62,830 bases of DNA from assembly GCA_026708285.1 (NCBI GenBank), contig JAPOVF010000260.1, positions 1-62,830 on the forward strand, written 5' to 3'. The notes below the pieces were generated by a model that worked only from the letters and a program-made list of their open reading frames with translations, was not told the origin of the DNA and searched no databases. Positions 39,182 to 49,687 of this stretch are shown here, piece by piece. Each line of letters starts with the position of its first letter. Position 1 is the first letter of the stretch. A program made the translations under genes and the position numbers. The DNA comes from Acidobacteriota bacterium. GTDB taxonomy: Bacteria > Acidobacteriota > Thermoanaerobaculia > Multivoradales > Multivoraceae.

Positions 39182-40638
39182 TCTTCCTGGCTTGGTTAGC
39201 GTTGCTCGCGGGGGCCGCGGCGCCGCAACAACACACCGCGCGACCCAACGTTCTCTGGATTGACATCGACGACCAGTCGCCCTGGTACTCGAGCTACGGG
39301 AACGACCTCGTCGATACGCCCAACATCGATGCGCTGGCGCGACAGGGCGTGCTGTTCGAGCGGGCGTACGCGCCGGCGCCGGTGTGTAGTCCGACCCGTT
39401 CGTCGCTGATCACCGGCAGCTACGCCATTCGGATCGGGGCGCACGACCATCGCTCGGGGCGGGTTCCCGGCTACCGGATCCATCTGCCGGAAGGGGTCGT
39501 GACGGTACCCGAACTGTTCCGGGCCGCGGGCTACGAGACCTACAACGCCAGCAAGGACGACTTCAACTTCACCTACGACCGCGCGAAGCTCTACACGATC
39601 GGCGCCGAGCCGTCGGAAATCCCGTCCTGGAAGGGCCCGCAGGGCCGTGGACACTGGCGCGACGTGTCCGAAGGCAAGCCGTTCTTCGGGCAAACGAAGG
39701 TGGCCGGCGGCAAGGGCGTCGCGGACATCGCCGGGGAAGTGGAGGCGCTTGGTCGAAAGCCCGTGCGTCCGGCGGATGTGCCGGTGCCGGCGCAGTATCC
39801 CGACATTCCCCAGGTGCGCCAGCACATCGCCGACCACTACAACTCGATCCTGCGCACCGACCACCAGGTAGGCGAACTCGTGGCGCAACTGAAGGCCGAC
39901 GGACTCTGGGAAAGCACGGTCCTGGTGCTCTTCTCCGACCACGGTTCGGATCTGCCCCGGAGCAAGGAGTTCTCCTACGACGAAGGCCTGAGGATCCCGC
40001 TGATCGTCGTCGCTCCTGGACTACCGGAGGTCGTGAAGCCCGGCACGCGACGGGCCGATCTCGTCAACCTGATGGACCTCGCAGCCACGTCGCTGGCACT
40101 CGCCGGCCTCGACGTGCCGGAATTCATGGACGCGAAGGACATCTTCGATCCGGACTACCGCCGCAGCTACGTGTTCACCTCGGCCGACCGCATGTCGAAC
40201 GTCATCGACCGGGTTCGATCCGTGATGGGGCCGCGCTTCCACTACATCAGGAACTTCATGCTGGACCGGCCGCTCATCAACTGGGGCCATCGGGAGATGA
40301 TCGACCTCACGGGCGATCCGGATGACAGCAGCTTCCTGACGATCCGACGACTGGCCGGGAAAGGCAAGCTGACGCCCGCACAGGCCGCGCCCTACGGACA
40401 ACGCGTCGCCGAAGAGCTCTACGATCTCGAGAACGACCCGGACGAAGTCGTCAACCTGGCCGAAGATCCCGCATGCGCGGCAGTACTGAGCGAGATGCGC
40501 GAAGCGCTGGCGGGCTGGATCGAAGACACCGGCGACAAGGGCCAGTACCCCAGGTCGCAGGCGGCGATGGACGAGATCACGGGGCGCTTCGCCGAGGACT
40601 GGCTTCGAAGCCCCGAGTTCCGCGATCTACCGAAGTAG
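39178..40638 (+). CDS. Exported Cys-type (formylglycine) sulfatase
   Basis: GTG overlapping the HD gene stop, signal-like N-terminus, RPNVLWIDIDD, CSPTRSSLITG (CxPxR), FSDHG and ELYDL..DP.E. Confidence 0.92.
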   Translation: MIFLAWLALLAGAAAPQQHTARPNVLWIDIDDQSPWYSSYGNDLVDTPNIDALARQGVLFERAYAPAPVCSPTRSSLITGSYAIRIGAHDHRSGRVPGYRIHLPEGVVTVPELFRAAGYETYNASKDDFNFTYDRAKLYTIGAEPSEIPSWKGPQGRGHWRDVSEGKPFFGQTKVAGGKGVADIAGEVEALGRKPVRPADVPVPAQYPDIPQVRQHIADHYNSILRTDHQVGELVAQLKADGLWESTVLVLFSDHGSDLPRSKEFSYDEGLRIPLIVVAPGLPEVVKPGTRRADLVNLMDLAATSLALAGLDVPEFMDAKDIFDPDYRRSYVFTSADRMSNVIDRVRSVMGPRFHYIRNFMLDRPLINWGHREMIDLTGDPDDSSFLTIRRLAGKGKLTPAQAAPYGQRVAEELYDLENDPDEVVNLAEDPACAAVLSEMREALAGWIEDTGDKGQYPRSQAAMDEITGRFAEDWLRSPEFRDLPK

Positions 40639-40664
40639 GGGCCGGCAACAGCCCACCGAACCGC

Positions 40665-41906
40665 CTACCCCTTGGCCGGATACCGGCTCTCCACGTAGTC
40701 TCCGACGATTCGGGTGAACTGCTCCGACAGTTCCGCCGCGGTCCCACGCAGCGTCGTGAACTGCCGGCCGTCGACGTAGACCGGGCAGGTCGGCGCCTCT
40801 CCGGTGCCCGGCAGCGAGATGCCGATGTCGGCAGCCTTCGACTCCCCCGGACCGTTGACGACGCAGCCCATGACGGCGAGTTTCAGTTCCTCGACGCCGT
40901 CGTAGCGGCGGCGCCACCCCGGCATGTTCGCCTCGATGAAGTCTTCCACCTGGAGCGCCAGCTCCTGGAAGGTCGTGCTCGTCGTGCGGCCGCAGCCGGG
41001 GCAGGCGGTGACGCTGGGCGCGAAGGCGCGCAGCCCCAGGGCCTGCAACAGTTCCCGGCAGGCGTGCACCTCCTCCCGGCGGTCGCCGCCGGGTCGCGGA
41101 GTCAGGGACGTTCGGATCGTGTCGCCGATGCCCTCCGCCAGCAGAACGGACATGGCCGACGACGACCAGACCAGCCCCTTGAGCCCCATACCGGCCTCGG
41201 TCAGACCGAGGTGAAGCGGCTGCCGCGTGCGGTTCGCCAGGTCCCGGTAGACCTCGATCAGGTCCGGCGGCGACGACATCTTGCAGGAGATGACGATCTG
41301 CTCCTCCGTCAGGCCGCAGTCGAGGGCCAGTTCCGTCGAACGGAGCGCCGACAGCACCATGCACTCGCCAACGATCTCCTCCGACGTCTTGCCGAGGTCG
41401 CGTTCCGTGTTCTCCTCCATTTTCGCCACCAGCAGATCCTGGTCGAGCGACCCGCCGTTGACGCCGATCCTCACCGGCTTGCCAAGCCTCCGGGCTACCT
41501 CGCAGATCGCCGCGAACTGGGGATCTCGCCGGCCGCCACGGCCGACGTTGCCGGGGTTGATCCGCAGCTTCGCCAAGGCCCGCGCGCAGGCCGGATGCCG
41601 CTCCAGAAGGACGTGGCCGTTGTAGTGAAAGTCGCCGACCAGCGGCACATCGCAGCCCTCCGCGTCGAGCCGGGCCCGAATCTCAGGCACGGCGACCGCC
41701 GCCGCGTCGACGTTGACCGTGATCCGCACGAGTTCCGAACCCGCCTCGGCCAGCGCCAGCGCCTGGGCGGTCGTCGCTTCGGCGTCCGCGGTGTCGGTGC
41801 TGGTCATTGACTGCACCACCACCGGCGCCCCGCCGCCGAGGACCACACCGCCTACTTCGACCGGGTGGGTCGTGCTGCGGTGGCTCTCCGGCGCGGCTGC
41901 CGCCAT
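40665..41906 (-). CDS. ispG: (E)-4-hydroxy-3-methylbut-2-enyl-diphosphate synthase
   Basis: [38 protein letters not shown], and Fe-S ligands CPGCGR and GCVVNGPGE. Confidence 0.97.
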   Translation of the reverse strand: MAAAAPESHRSTTHPVEVGGVVLGGGAPVVVQSMTSTDTADAEATTAQALALAEAGSELVRITVNVDAAAVAVPEIRARLDAEGCDVPLVGDFHYNGHVLLERHPACARALAKLRINPGNVGRGGRRDPQFAAICEVARRLGKPVRIGVNGGSLDQDLLVAKMEENTERDLGKTSEEIVGECMVLSALRSTELALDCGLTEEQIVISCKMSSPPDLIEVYRDLANRTRQPLHLGLTEAGMGLKGLVWSSSAMSVLLAEGIGDTIRTSLTPRPGGDRREEVHACRELLQALGLRAFAPSVTACPGCGRTTSTTFQELALQVEDFIEANMPGWRRRYDGVEELKLAVMGCVVNGPGESKAADIGISLPGTGEAPTCPVYVDGRQFTTLRGTAAELSEQFTRIVGDYVESRYPAKG

Positions 41907-42009
41907 GACGGGGCAGGCTAGCAGCCCACCACGGACTTACGAAGGACGCCCATGCCAGGACGAAGCGAACCGTTTCCTGCGGCAAGGGATACGGTTAGCA
42001 TCCGCTTCC

Positions 42010-45000
42010 ATGTCGGAGTCAAGCTCGGTTGTCCCCGGACCAGGCCGCGAGAAAGAACCCGGCAGGCCCGGAACTGAGACGCTCACGCCCGGCGCCCGCC
42101 GGCGTGAACTGCACAGGGGCTTGGGCGCCGGTGTACTGGCGATTGCCGGCCTGAGCAGCCTTGCCTTCGCCCAGCCGGTCTACGACGTCCTGAGGCGGGC
42201 GCCGGAGTTCTTCGCTATCCGCAACCTCTACATGGGCGATCTTCTGACCCTGGTCGTGGTGCTCGCAGTCGCGCCGACCCTGGCGCTCTCGGCACCGGCG
42301 GCAGCCCTTCGTTTTCTACGCCCGTCCTGGATGCGGCCCGCGATTGCGGTGCCCGCCGGCCTGCTAGGGGCGGTGATCGCGCTGCAGGCGATCCGCAACC
42401 TTCCCGCGGCCCTTGCCACGACCCTTGCACTGGCCGCCGGCGCCGCCGTGGGCTGGGCCTACATCCGATTCCGTGGCGTCCGCTCATTCGCCCTGCTGCT
42501 GTCCGCCGCCGCGATCCTGGTACCGGCACTCCTCGTGCTCGACGGTCGGGTTCGGAGAAGCGCGGCCAACCCCAACGAAGCGATCCCGGCCGATCTTGGC
42601 GACACCGGCGCCCGAGCGCCGGTCGTCCTGGTGGTTTTCGATGAGTGGTCACTGACCTCGATCCTTGACGCTGAGGGATCGATCGACCGCGAGCGGCTTC
42701 CCAACCTGGCGCGTCTGGCCGACCAGGCCACCTGGTATCCAAACGCGACGGCAGCCGCCGACGTGTCGGAACTGGCGGTGCCGGCGATGCTGACCGGTCG
42801 GACGACCGAGCAGGGCCGGCTTCCCACTCTGGCCGAGCAGCCGATCAACCTGTTCACGATCCTTGCACCCAGTCACGACATCTTCGCTATCGAGCCGATC
42901 ACTTCGCTCTGCCCGCCTGAGCTGAATCTCCTGGCCGAGCCACAGCCCGCCTTCAGGGAGCGCTTCGGACTCCTGATCTCCGATCTATGGGTCGTCTGGC
43001 TCAACCTGACGTTGCCCCCAGTCTGGACCGAACGATTGCCCGACGTGACCCAGACCTGGAGCGCCTTCGGACAGGACCTGGCCTCCGAACAGGAAGGGCC
43101 GCCCACCGACGAGCCCGTCAGGCGGGCCTTGCGTCACCTTCGGGAGGTCGACCGCGCGGCCGAGTTCCGCCGCCTAGGCGACTCGATCCGGAGGCAAGGC
43201 CAGCGTCCAGGTTTCTACTTCATGCACACACTTCTGCCTCACCTGCCCTGGGAGTATCTGCCCTCCGGCCGCACCTATCGCGTCACCCGGACCCGCGTCC
43301 ACGGACTCGAGCGGGAACTGTGGACGACTGATCCCTGGCCAGTGCGCCACCACCAGAAGCGTTATCTGCTGCAAGTGGAGTTCGTCGATCACCTGATCGG
43401 CGAGCTGATCGAGAAGCTCGAGTCCGCCGGTCTCTTCGACCAGAGCGTGTTCGTCATCACGGCGGATCACGGCGTAGCCTTCCAGCCCGGCAGATCGCGG
43501 CGCCTGCTCGAGGTCGACGACGCTTCCGGCTATCAGCCTCTTGATCTCGCTGCGGTTCCCCTCATCATCAAGGCGCCCCTTCAGCGTCAGGCAGAGATTG
43601 ACAGCACCGTTACTTCTCTGGTCAGCCTGACGCCGCGAATCCTCGAACTCGCGGGAGCCGAAACGACTCCGATTCCTCCGTTGGAGGACACCGGAACACC
43701 CTCCCTGGTCGGCAAGTATGCCGCTGACGTGGCGGTGCCTATCGACCGCGAGCCCTGGCGGCGGGAACGGCTCGCGGAGCAGGCAGCTCTGCTCGGCGAA
43801 GCGAACGACCCAACGGCCATCGGGGCCGTACCCAGTCTTCACGGCCGGAGGATCTCGGAGCTGCCGCGTCAGAACGGGGAGATCAGCATCGAGATGGAAC
43901 TCCCAGCTCTCTGGGATCACGTCGATCCCGACCGGGCTTCACTGCCGGCGCTCGCACAGGGGACTCTCAAGGGGCCCGAGTCCCTCCTCGAACGCTCTGT
44001 CGCGGTGGCCCTGAACGGTGTCGTCGCAACCTCCGTTCGTCCCCACCAGACGAGCAGCGGTGATATCCGTATCGCGGCCCTCCTGCCGGAACACCTTTTC
44101 CGCGCGGGGCTGAATCACGTGGACGTGTTCCTGATCTCAGAACGGGGTACCGCCTTGGAGCTCGAGCATGTGGAACGCCCGCTGGGCTTCGTCTACGAAC
44201 TGTCCTGGGGCGAACCTGGCGAAGGAGACACACTGCTGCGTGGGTCACGAAGCGCCCTCGCCACGAATGTGGAACGAATCCCCGTGGTCCGAAACGACCC
44301 CAGCATGATCGGCTACCTTGAGGGCAGCCACCGGGAAACCGCCAACATCCACGGTTGGGCGGCCGACCTCACCGAGCCCGGAAGCATCCAGGAAGTGATC
44401 GCCTTTCTCGCCGGACGCCAGTACTGGATCGGTTCGCCTCAGTACGAAAGGCCCAGCGTCGCGAATCGCTATGGCCTGGAACACGTCTTCTCCGGCTTCA
44501 CCCAGAAGTCCCGTCCCGGTGCCGGGCTCGACTCCGAGGCTACTGCCGAAGTCATCGCCGCGATCCGCCGCGAGGGCATCGTCGCCTACGCGATCTCCCG
44601 CCGGGGCATCGCTACTCGACTGCGGTTTTTCTACGCGCCACTCGAGTTCGACCAGGACGGAATCGAGACCATGCCGATCAGCGACGGTCGCCGACTTCCT
44701 GTCCGTCAAACCGGAAGCGGCGTTGAAGGCACGATCGACCTGATCAGCAAACCCGGGAAACGCACGCTGATCGAGGGCTGGGCTGCCGACGTCGAACGCG
44801 GTGAACGCCCCCGTCAGATCGTCATCTATCGCGACGGAAGATTCCTGCGGAACCTGGGCGCGAACCGCGCGCGGCCGGACGTCGTCAGGCACCACGATGA
44901 CCCCCGGCTGCTGCGCACCGGCTTCCGCGGCACCGTACCGGGCGCTCCCGAACCAGAGACGTTCGCTGAGCGTCACCGGGTCTTCGCTCTGACACTCAGT

Positions 45001-45051
45001 GGCTTCGCGGTCGAGTTGCCGCTGCGTGCGCCGCCGGAAACGGCTGACTAG
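42010..45051 (+). CDS. Membrane-anchored alkaline-phosphatase-superfamily (LTA-synthase/sulfatase-like) transferase with C-terminal repeated module
   Basis: About five N-terminal TM helices, VVFDEW, ADVSELAVPAMLTG, HTLLPHLPW and TADHG. C-terminal GWxxD...RPDV...GF repeats. Confidence 0.78.
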   Translation: MSESSSVVPGPGREKEPGRPGTETLTPGARRRELHRGLGAGVLAIAGLSSLAFAQPVYDVLRRAPEFFAIRNLYMGDLLTLVVVLAVAPTLALSAPAAALRFLRPSWMRPAIAVPAGLLGAVIALQAIRNLPAALATTLALAAGAAVGWAYIRFRGVRSFALLLSAAAILVPALLVLDGRVRRSAANPNEAIPADLGDTGARAPVVLVVFDEWSLTSILDAEGSIDRERLPNLARLADQATWYPNATAAADVSELAVPAMLTGRTTEQGRLPTLAEQPINLFTILAPSHDIFAIEPITSLCPPELNLLAEPQPAFRERFGLLISDLWVVWLNLTLPPVWTERLPDVTQTWSAFGQDLASEQEGPPTDEPVRRALRHLREVDRAAEFRRLGDSIRRQGQRPGFYFMHTLLPHLPWEYLPSGRTYRVTRTRVHGLERELWTTDPWPVRHHQKRYLLQVEFVDHLIGELIEKLESAGLFDQSVFVITADHGVAFQPGRSRRLLEVDDASGYQPLDLAAVPLIIKAPLQRQAEIDSTVTSLVSLTPRILELAGAETTPIPPLEDTGTPSLVGKYAADVAVPIDREPWRRERLAEQAALLGEANDPTAIGAVPSLHGRRISELPRQNGEISIEMELPALWDHVDPDRASLPALAQGTLKGPESLLERSVAVALNGVVATSVRPHQTSSGDIRIAALLPEHLFRAGLNHVDVFLISERGTALELEHVERPLGFVYELSWGEPGEGDTLLRGSRSALATNVERIPVVRNDPSMIGYLEGSHRETANIHGWAADLTEPGSIQEVIAFLAGRQYWIGSPQYERPSVANRYGLEHVFSGFTQKSRPGAGLDSEATAEVIAAIRREGIVAYAISRRGIATRLRFFYAPLEFDQDGIETMPISDGRRLPVRQTGSGVEGTIDLISKPGKRTLIEGWAADVERGERPRQIVIYRDGRFLRNLGANRARPDVVRHHDDPRLLRTGFRGTVPGAPEPETFAERHRVFALTLSGFAVELPLRAPPETAD

Positions 45052-45062
45052 CGGTCACCGTC

Positions 45063-47531
45063 ATGACCGAGGCTGCGCCGGAGCGTGATGCGGGCGACTC
45101 CCGGTCCCCGGAACTGTCGGCTCCACGGCCACGCCTGAGCGCGCTGGCCGCGTGGGGCGCGTTCGGGGTCTTCGCGATCTGGTTCGCAGCCCGCCTGATC
45201 CCCAGCCTCGCTCTGCGGCTACGCTTCGAGGACCAGTTGATCGTGCTCCGCTACGCCCGCAACTTGGCGGAGGGCGATGGCCTCGTCTACAACGCCGGCG
45301 AGCGAGTGATGGGCTTCACGACCCCGCTGTTCACGGTGCTGAGCAGCGTGTTCGTGGTCCTCGGCGGAGACGAGGCGGCGGCATGGCAGAACGGGTTCGG
45401 CCTGCTCTGCATGCTGGGCACCGCCGCACTCGCCGCCAGACTACTGGTCCGCCTCGGTGCCGGGACAGCCACGCCCCTGGCGGTGGCCCTGGTCACCTTC
45501 AATCCGGCTGTCGCCTACAACTATCTCTACGTGGGGATGGAAATCCACCTCTTCGCCCTGCTCTTCCTGCTGGCCCTGGAGCTGCACCTGAGCGAACGCA
45601 CCACCGCCGCCGCGGTCACGTCGGCGCTGCTGTTTCTGACCCGACCGGAGGGCGCCCTTCTTGCCGGCATGCTGATCGCTCACCCGTGGCTCCGGCGGCG
45701 CCAGGCGTCTTGGGCTCCGGCGCTGGCGGCGCTGGCCACGGCAGTGCCGTGGCTCCTTTTCGCCGCCCTGTACTACGGCGACATCCTGCCGAAGACGCTG
45801 GGAGCGAAAGAAGGCGAGAGCATCGTCTCTCCCTGGCGCTACCTGGACCTGGTGCGAGAGGTGTACGCCGAGGCGGCCGGCAGTTTGCTGGCAGCATGGA
45901 GTCCCTGGTTGGCGGAGACGATTGCCGGGCCGCTGCTTCTGGTCGCCCTTCTGGTCGCCGGAGCCACGGCGCTCCTGCGCCGCGAGGCGGCGCTGTGGCC
46001 CTTGATCGCCTTCCCGCTCTGCTCGCTCCTCGGCTATGCCGCGATCGGCTCGCTGCCGGGCTACACGTGGCACTACTACACGCTGAACGTGCTCAGCGCG
46101 TTCCTCCTCGCCCTCGGCGTTCACGCCTGCCTGGTCGCTACGGGCCGACTCTGCCGGCGGGCCGCTGAGCTGGTGTCCGCAGCCGCGCGCATCGCCCCCC
46201 GGCGCCGCCCGCTCCTCGCGGTCCTGCTAGCCGCGATCCCGATCCTCGCCCTCACGGCGCCGGTGCTGCGGGACACCTCGCGGCAGATCGGACATCGAAT
46301 CGAGCCGACCGCCCGGGAGCAACGGTTGGAAGACATCGGCCGATGGCTCGCCGAGCACTACGAGCCGAGCACGTCCGTTCTCGTTCGCGAGATCGGCCAC
46401 GTCGGCTGGGTCAGCGGGCTGCGCATCGTCGACCGGGGCGGTCTGGTCACGCCAGGCCTTCGCTACGACGTGCCGCGCCGCGTCGCCACCATGAAGTTCC
46501 TGCCGGACCTGCTGCTGCTGCGAGCGGACAACTACGGAGTCCGGGATCCCCGCGAAGGCGCCGGCTTCCCTGCGAACCTGGGCTACGAACGGGTCGAGGG
46601 GTTCGACCACGGACAGGAGTGGAGCCTCCACTCGCTGATCGCACCCGGCGCCTCCTCCGGGCGCGAAGAGGATCGAACCCGCTACGAGGTCGCCCGAAGC
46701 GCCGCCGGCCACCTCGAGGCCGTGCTCCGCTACCGCGTCGTCGACGGCGAATCCGAACCGCCGACCCGAATACCCATCAACCCGCCCGCCACCGGCTTCG
46801 ACGGCGCGCTCGATGCGGTGCTGCCACGATCCGGCCACGGGCCAGTCGACGCCGTGGCCGACATCGTGGTCAGCGGTTTCATCCGCGACGAACCGCCGGA
46901 TCCCCGCGGCGTCGAGGCGGTCCTCCTGTTCACCGGCGGCGAGATGACGGTTCACCAGCCCGGCGTTCACCCTCGCCCCGATCTCGCCGCCCTCTACGGA
47001 CCGCCTTTCGGGAACGGTGGCTTCGCGTTCCGGACCCCGGCCGATCGGAATCTCGTCGAGCGCGAAGGCGTCCTCGCCTACGCGGTGTCGCGGCGCGGAG
47101 TGGCCAGCCGCCTCCGCTTTGCCTATCTGCCTCTCGAGTGGGAGCCCCGCAACCGCGAGATCCTGCCGACGACCGACGGGCGTCGCCTGGCCGTGCGTCC
47201 GCCAGGCGACGGCTACCACGGGGAGTCGCGCCTCCTCGCGTCAGGAAACCGCGTCGAGATCGAAGGCTGGGCGTTGGACGCCGCACGAGGCCAGCGGCCG
47301 CGCCAGATCGTCATCTACCGGGACAACCACTTTCTGACCAACCTGGGGCTCAACCAGGAACGACCCGACATCGCCGAGCGCTTCGGGAATCCGGCTCTGC
47401 TGCGGGCCGGTTTCGGCGGCGCCGTTCCGGGAGAAGCCGACGCCGCTTCCCCTAGCGAGCGTTACCGCGTGTTCGCCATCATGCTGCGCGGCGCCGCCGT
47501 GGAACTCAATCCGCCGCGGACAGCGCCTTGA
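45063..47531 (+). CDS. GT-C-fold membrane glycosyltransferase-like protein with the same C-terminal module
   Basis: EDQLIVLRYARNLAEGDGLVYNAGERVMGFTTPL (DDxxIxxRYAxN family), GME, TRPEG, YYGD.LP.T..AK and many TM segments. Confidence 0.78.
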   Translation: MTEAAPERDAGDSRSPELSAPRPRLSALAAWGAFGVFAIWFAARLIPSLALRLRFEDQLIVLRYARNLAEGDGLVYNAGERVMGFTTPLFTVLSSVFVVLGGDEAAAWQNGFGLLCMLGTAALAARLLVRLGAGTATPLAVALVTFNPAVAYNYLYVGMEIHLFALLFLLALELHLSERTTAAAVTSALLFLTRPEGALLAGMLIAHPWLRRRQASWAPALAALATAVPWLLFAALYYGDILPKTLGAKEGESIVSPWRYLDLVREVYAEAAGSLLAAWSPWLAETIAGPLLLVALLVAGATALLRREAALWPLIAFPLCSLLGYAAIGSLPGYTWHYYTLNVLSAFLLALGVHACLVATGRLCRRAAELVSAAARIAPRRRPLLAVLLAAIPILALTAPVLRDTSRQIGHRIEPTAREQRLEDIGRWLAEHYEPSTSVLVREIGHVGWVSGLRIVDRGGLVTPGLRYDVPRRVATMKFLPDLLLLRADNYGVRDPREGAGFPANLGYERVEGFDHGQEWSLHSLIAPGASSGREEDRTRYEVARSAAGHLEAVLRYRVVDGESEPPTRIPINPPATGFDGALDAVLPRSGHGPVDAVADIVVSGFIRDEPPDPRGVEAVLLFTGGEMTVHQPGVHPRPDLAALYGPPFGNGGFAFRTPADRNLVEREGVLAYAVSRRGVASRLRFAYLPLEWEPRNREILPTTDGRRLAVRPPGDGYHGESRLLASGNRVEIEGWALDAARGQRPRQIVIYRDNHFLTNLGLNQERPDIAERFGNPALLRAGFGGAVPGEADAASPSERYRVFAIMLRGAAVELNPPRTAP

Positions 47532-48376
47532 CCAACCGGTACAGGAACTCCTGCCCTTCGTGAAAGTGGTCGATCCGGATCCGCTCGTCGCGGCCGTGGG
47601 CGCGGACGTCGTCCATGTCGCCGAAGATGCCGGAGACGCCGTAGACCGGGATACCGGCGTTGCGCAGGTACAGGCCGTCCGTGGCGCCAGTGGTCATGAC
47701 AGGCAGCACGGGAACGCCCGGCCACATCTCCTCGGTCACCCGCTCGATCGCGTCGAGAACGTCGCCGGTCATCGGCGACGGCGGGCTCGGCGTCGCCTCC
47801 CGCCTCCGTTCGACCTCGACGCCGAACGGGGAGGCGAGCCGGTGCAACGTCTCCTCGACCTCGTCCGGGTCGTGGCCAGGCAACAGCCGGCAGTTCACGT
47901 TCGCCTCCGCCAACTGCGGCAGCGCGTTCTCGGCGTGCCCGCCCTCGATCAGGGTAGCGACGCAGGTTGTCCGTAGCCGCGCGTGGTAGGAGGCCTGCGG
48001 CGACAGCACGGCCAGGGCCTCGGGGTCGCGCGGGTCGGCCACGATCCGCCGCATGGCCTCGCCGGTTTCGCCGCCGACCAGGTCCGCCGAACGCTCGAAG
48101 AACTCCTCGGTGACCTCGTTCAGCATGACCGGAAAGTCGAAGTCGCGCACGGCCAGGAGCGCCGCCGACAGATCGGCGATCGCGTTCTCGCGCACCGGCA
48201 GCGAGGAGTGGCCGCCCGGGTTCCTGGCCCTGAACCAGAAGGACAGGAAGACCTTCTCGCTTCCTTTACTCGGCCGGCGGCAGGTTCCGCGGGTTCGCCG
48301 CCTGGGCAACGGCCACGGAAGCAACCGCCCCGAGCCCCAGGGCAGCGGCAGCGAGAATCGTTTCCAGGCGTTTCAT
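47506..48376 (-). pseudogene. M20/M25/M40 peptidase pseudogene with large internal deletion and frameshift
   Basis: RBS plus ATG at 48376 gives MKRLETILAAAALGLGAVASVAVAQAANPRNLPPAE* (stop 48266-48268). A different frame then resumes as SEKVFLSF...PGGHSS...GGHAENALP...GATDG...AHGRDE, which is only the C-terminal half of an M20 peptidase. Confidence 0.8.
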
Positions 48377-48392
48377 CGGTCCGTCCTCCAGT

Positions 48393-49622
48393 CTAGGAGC
48401 TTGCGAGGACGGACGGAGCGGCGCCGGCGACCAGCAGTTCGGCGAGCTGGCTCCGGCCCAGCCAGTAGCTCAGATCGCGCGGATGGGCGATGTCCCAGAT
48501 GGCGATGTCGGCACGCTTCCCCGCCTCCAGCGTGCCCCGATCCGCGAGTCCCATCGCCCGCGCGGCGTGACGGGTGACACCGGCCAGGCATTCCTCCGGC
48601 GTCAGACCGAAGAGACGGCTGGCCAGAGCCATCGTTTCCGGCAAAGAGCACAGCGACGACGTGCCCGGATTGCAGTCCGTGGCGATCGCGATCGGCACCC
48701 CGCGCCGGCGCAACTCGCCGACCGGCGGGCGGCACCTCTCGTCGAGCGTCAGACAGGCGCCGGGTAGCAGCACGGCAACCGTGCCGGCCCTGGCCAGCGC
48801 CTCCACGCCGTGCGGCGGCGTGTACTCGAGATGGTCCGCCGACAGCGCGCGGAAACGAGCGGCCACCTCGGCGCCGCCGCCATCGCTCAACTGATCCGCA
48901 TGCAGTCTGACGGGCAGGCCGAGATCGACGGCCCGCTCGAAGACCCTGGCGACCTGGGCGGCGTCGAACGCGATCCCCTCGCAGAAGGCGTCCACGGCAT
49001 CGGCGAGGTTCCGTTCCACCGCCGCGGGCATTACCTCCGAGAGGACCAGATCGATGTACTCGTCCGCACGGCCCCTGAACTCGGCCGGCACCGCGTGCGC
49101 CGCGAGCAGCGTGGTCCGGATCGTCAGGCCGGAGTGCCGGCCGAGGCGCCGGGCCACCTCCAGCATCCGGAGTTCCGTGTCCGAATCGAGGCCATAGCCG
49201 GACTTGATCTCGACCGTAGCCGCGCCTTCGGCGGCAAGGGCTCGAAGTCGATGGAGCGCGGCGCCGTAGAGCTCGTCATCGGTCGCCGCCCGGGTCGCGC
49301 GGACCGTCGACATGATGCCGCCGCCCGCATCGGCGATGTCCTCGTAGCTCGCTCCGCCGAGGCGCGCCTCGAACTCCGCCCCCCGGTCTCCTCCGAAGAC
49401 CAGGTGGGTGTGGCAATCGATGAGCGCGGGAGTGATCCATCGGCCCTCCAGGGAGCGTTGCTCGGCGGCCTCGCCGGGCGGCAGCCGGGAACGCGGACCG
49501 ACCCAGGCGATCGTCCCCCCGGCGATCGCCAGAGCGCCGTCCTCCACCGCCCCGTACGCGACGACACCGTGATGCATCGTCGCGATGCGCGCGTCGGTCA
49601 GCAGCAGGTCCCAACGGTCCAT
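48393..49622 (-). CDS. hutI: Imidazolonepropionase
   Basis: LIDCHTHLVFGG.R..EF..RL.GASY..I..AGGGI, EIKSGYGL, DAFCE, HADQLS, ADHLE and DCNPG. Confidence 0.96.
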   Translation of the reverse strand: MDRWDLLLTDARIATMHHGVVAYGAVEDGALAIAGGTIAWVGPRSRLPPGEAAEQRSLEGRWITPALIDCHTHLVFGGDRGAEFEARLGGASYEDIADAGGGIMSTVRATRAATDDELYGAALHRLRALAAEGAATVEIKSGYGLDSDTELRMLEVARRLGRHSGLTIRTTLLAAHAVPAEFRGRADEYIDLVLSEVMPAAVERNLADAVDAFCEGIAFDAAQVARVFERAVDLGLPVRLHADQLSDGGGAEVAARFRALSADHLEYTPPHGVEALARAGTVAVLLPGACLTLDERCRPPVGELRRRGVPIAIATDCNPGTSSLCSLPETMALASRLFGLTPEECLAGVTRHAARAMGLADRGTLEAGKRADIAIWDIAHPRDLSYWLGRSQLAELLVAGAAPSVLASS

Positions 49623-49687
49623 CCGTCCGATCCTGCCCTGTTGTCCACACGATTGCCAGACGACGCCGCCAGGCAGTAGCGTGGACC

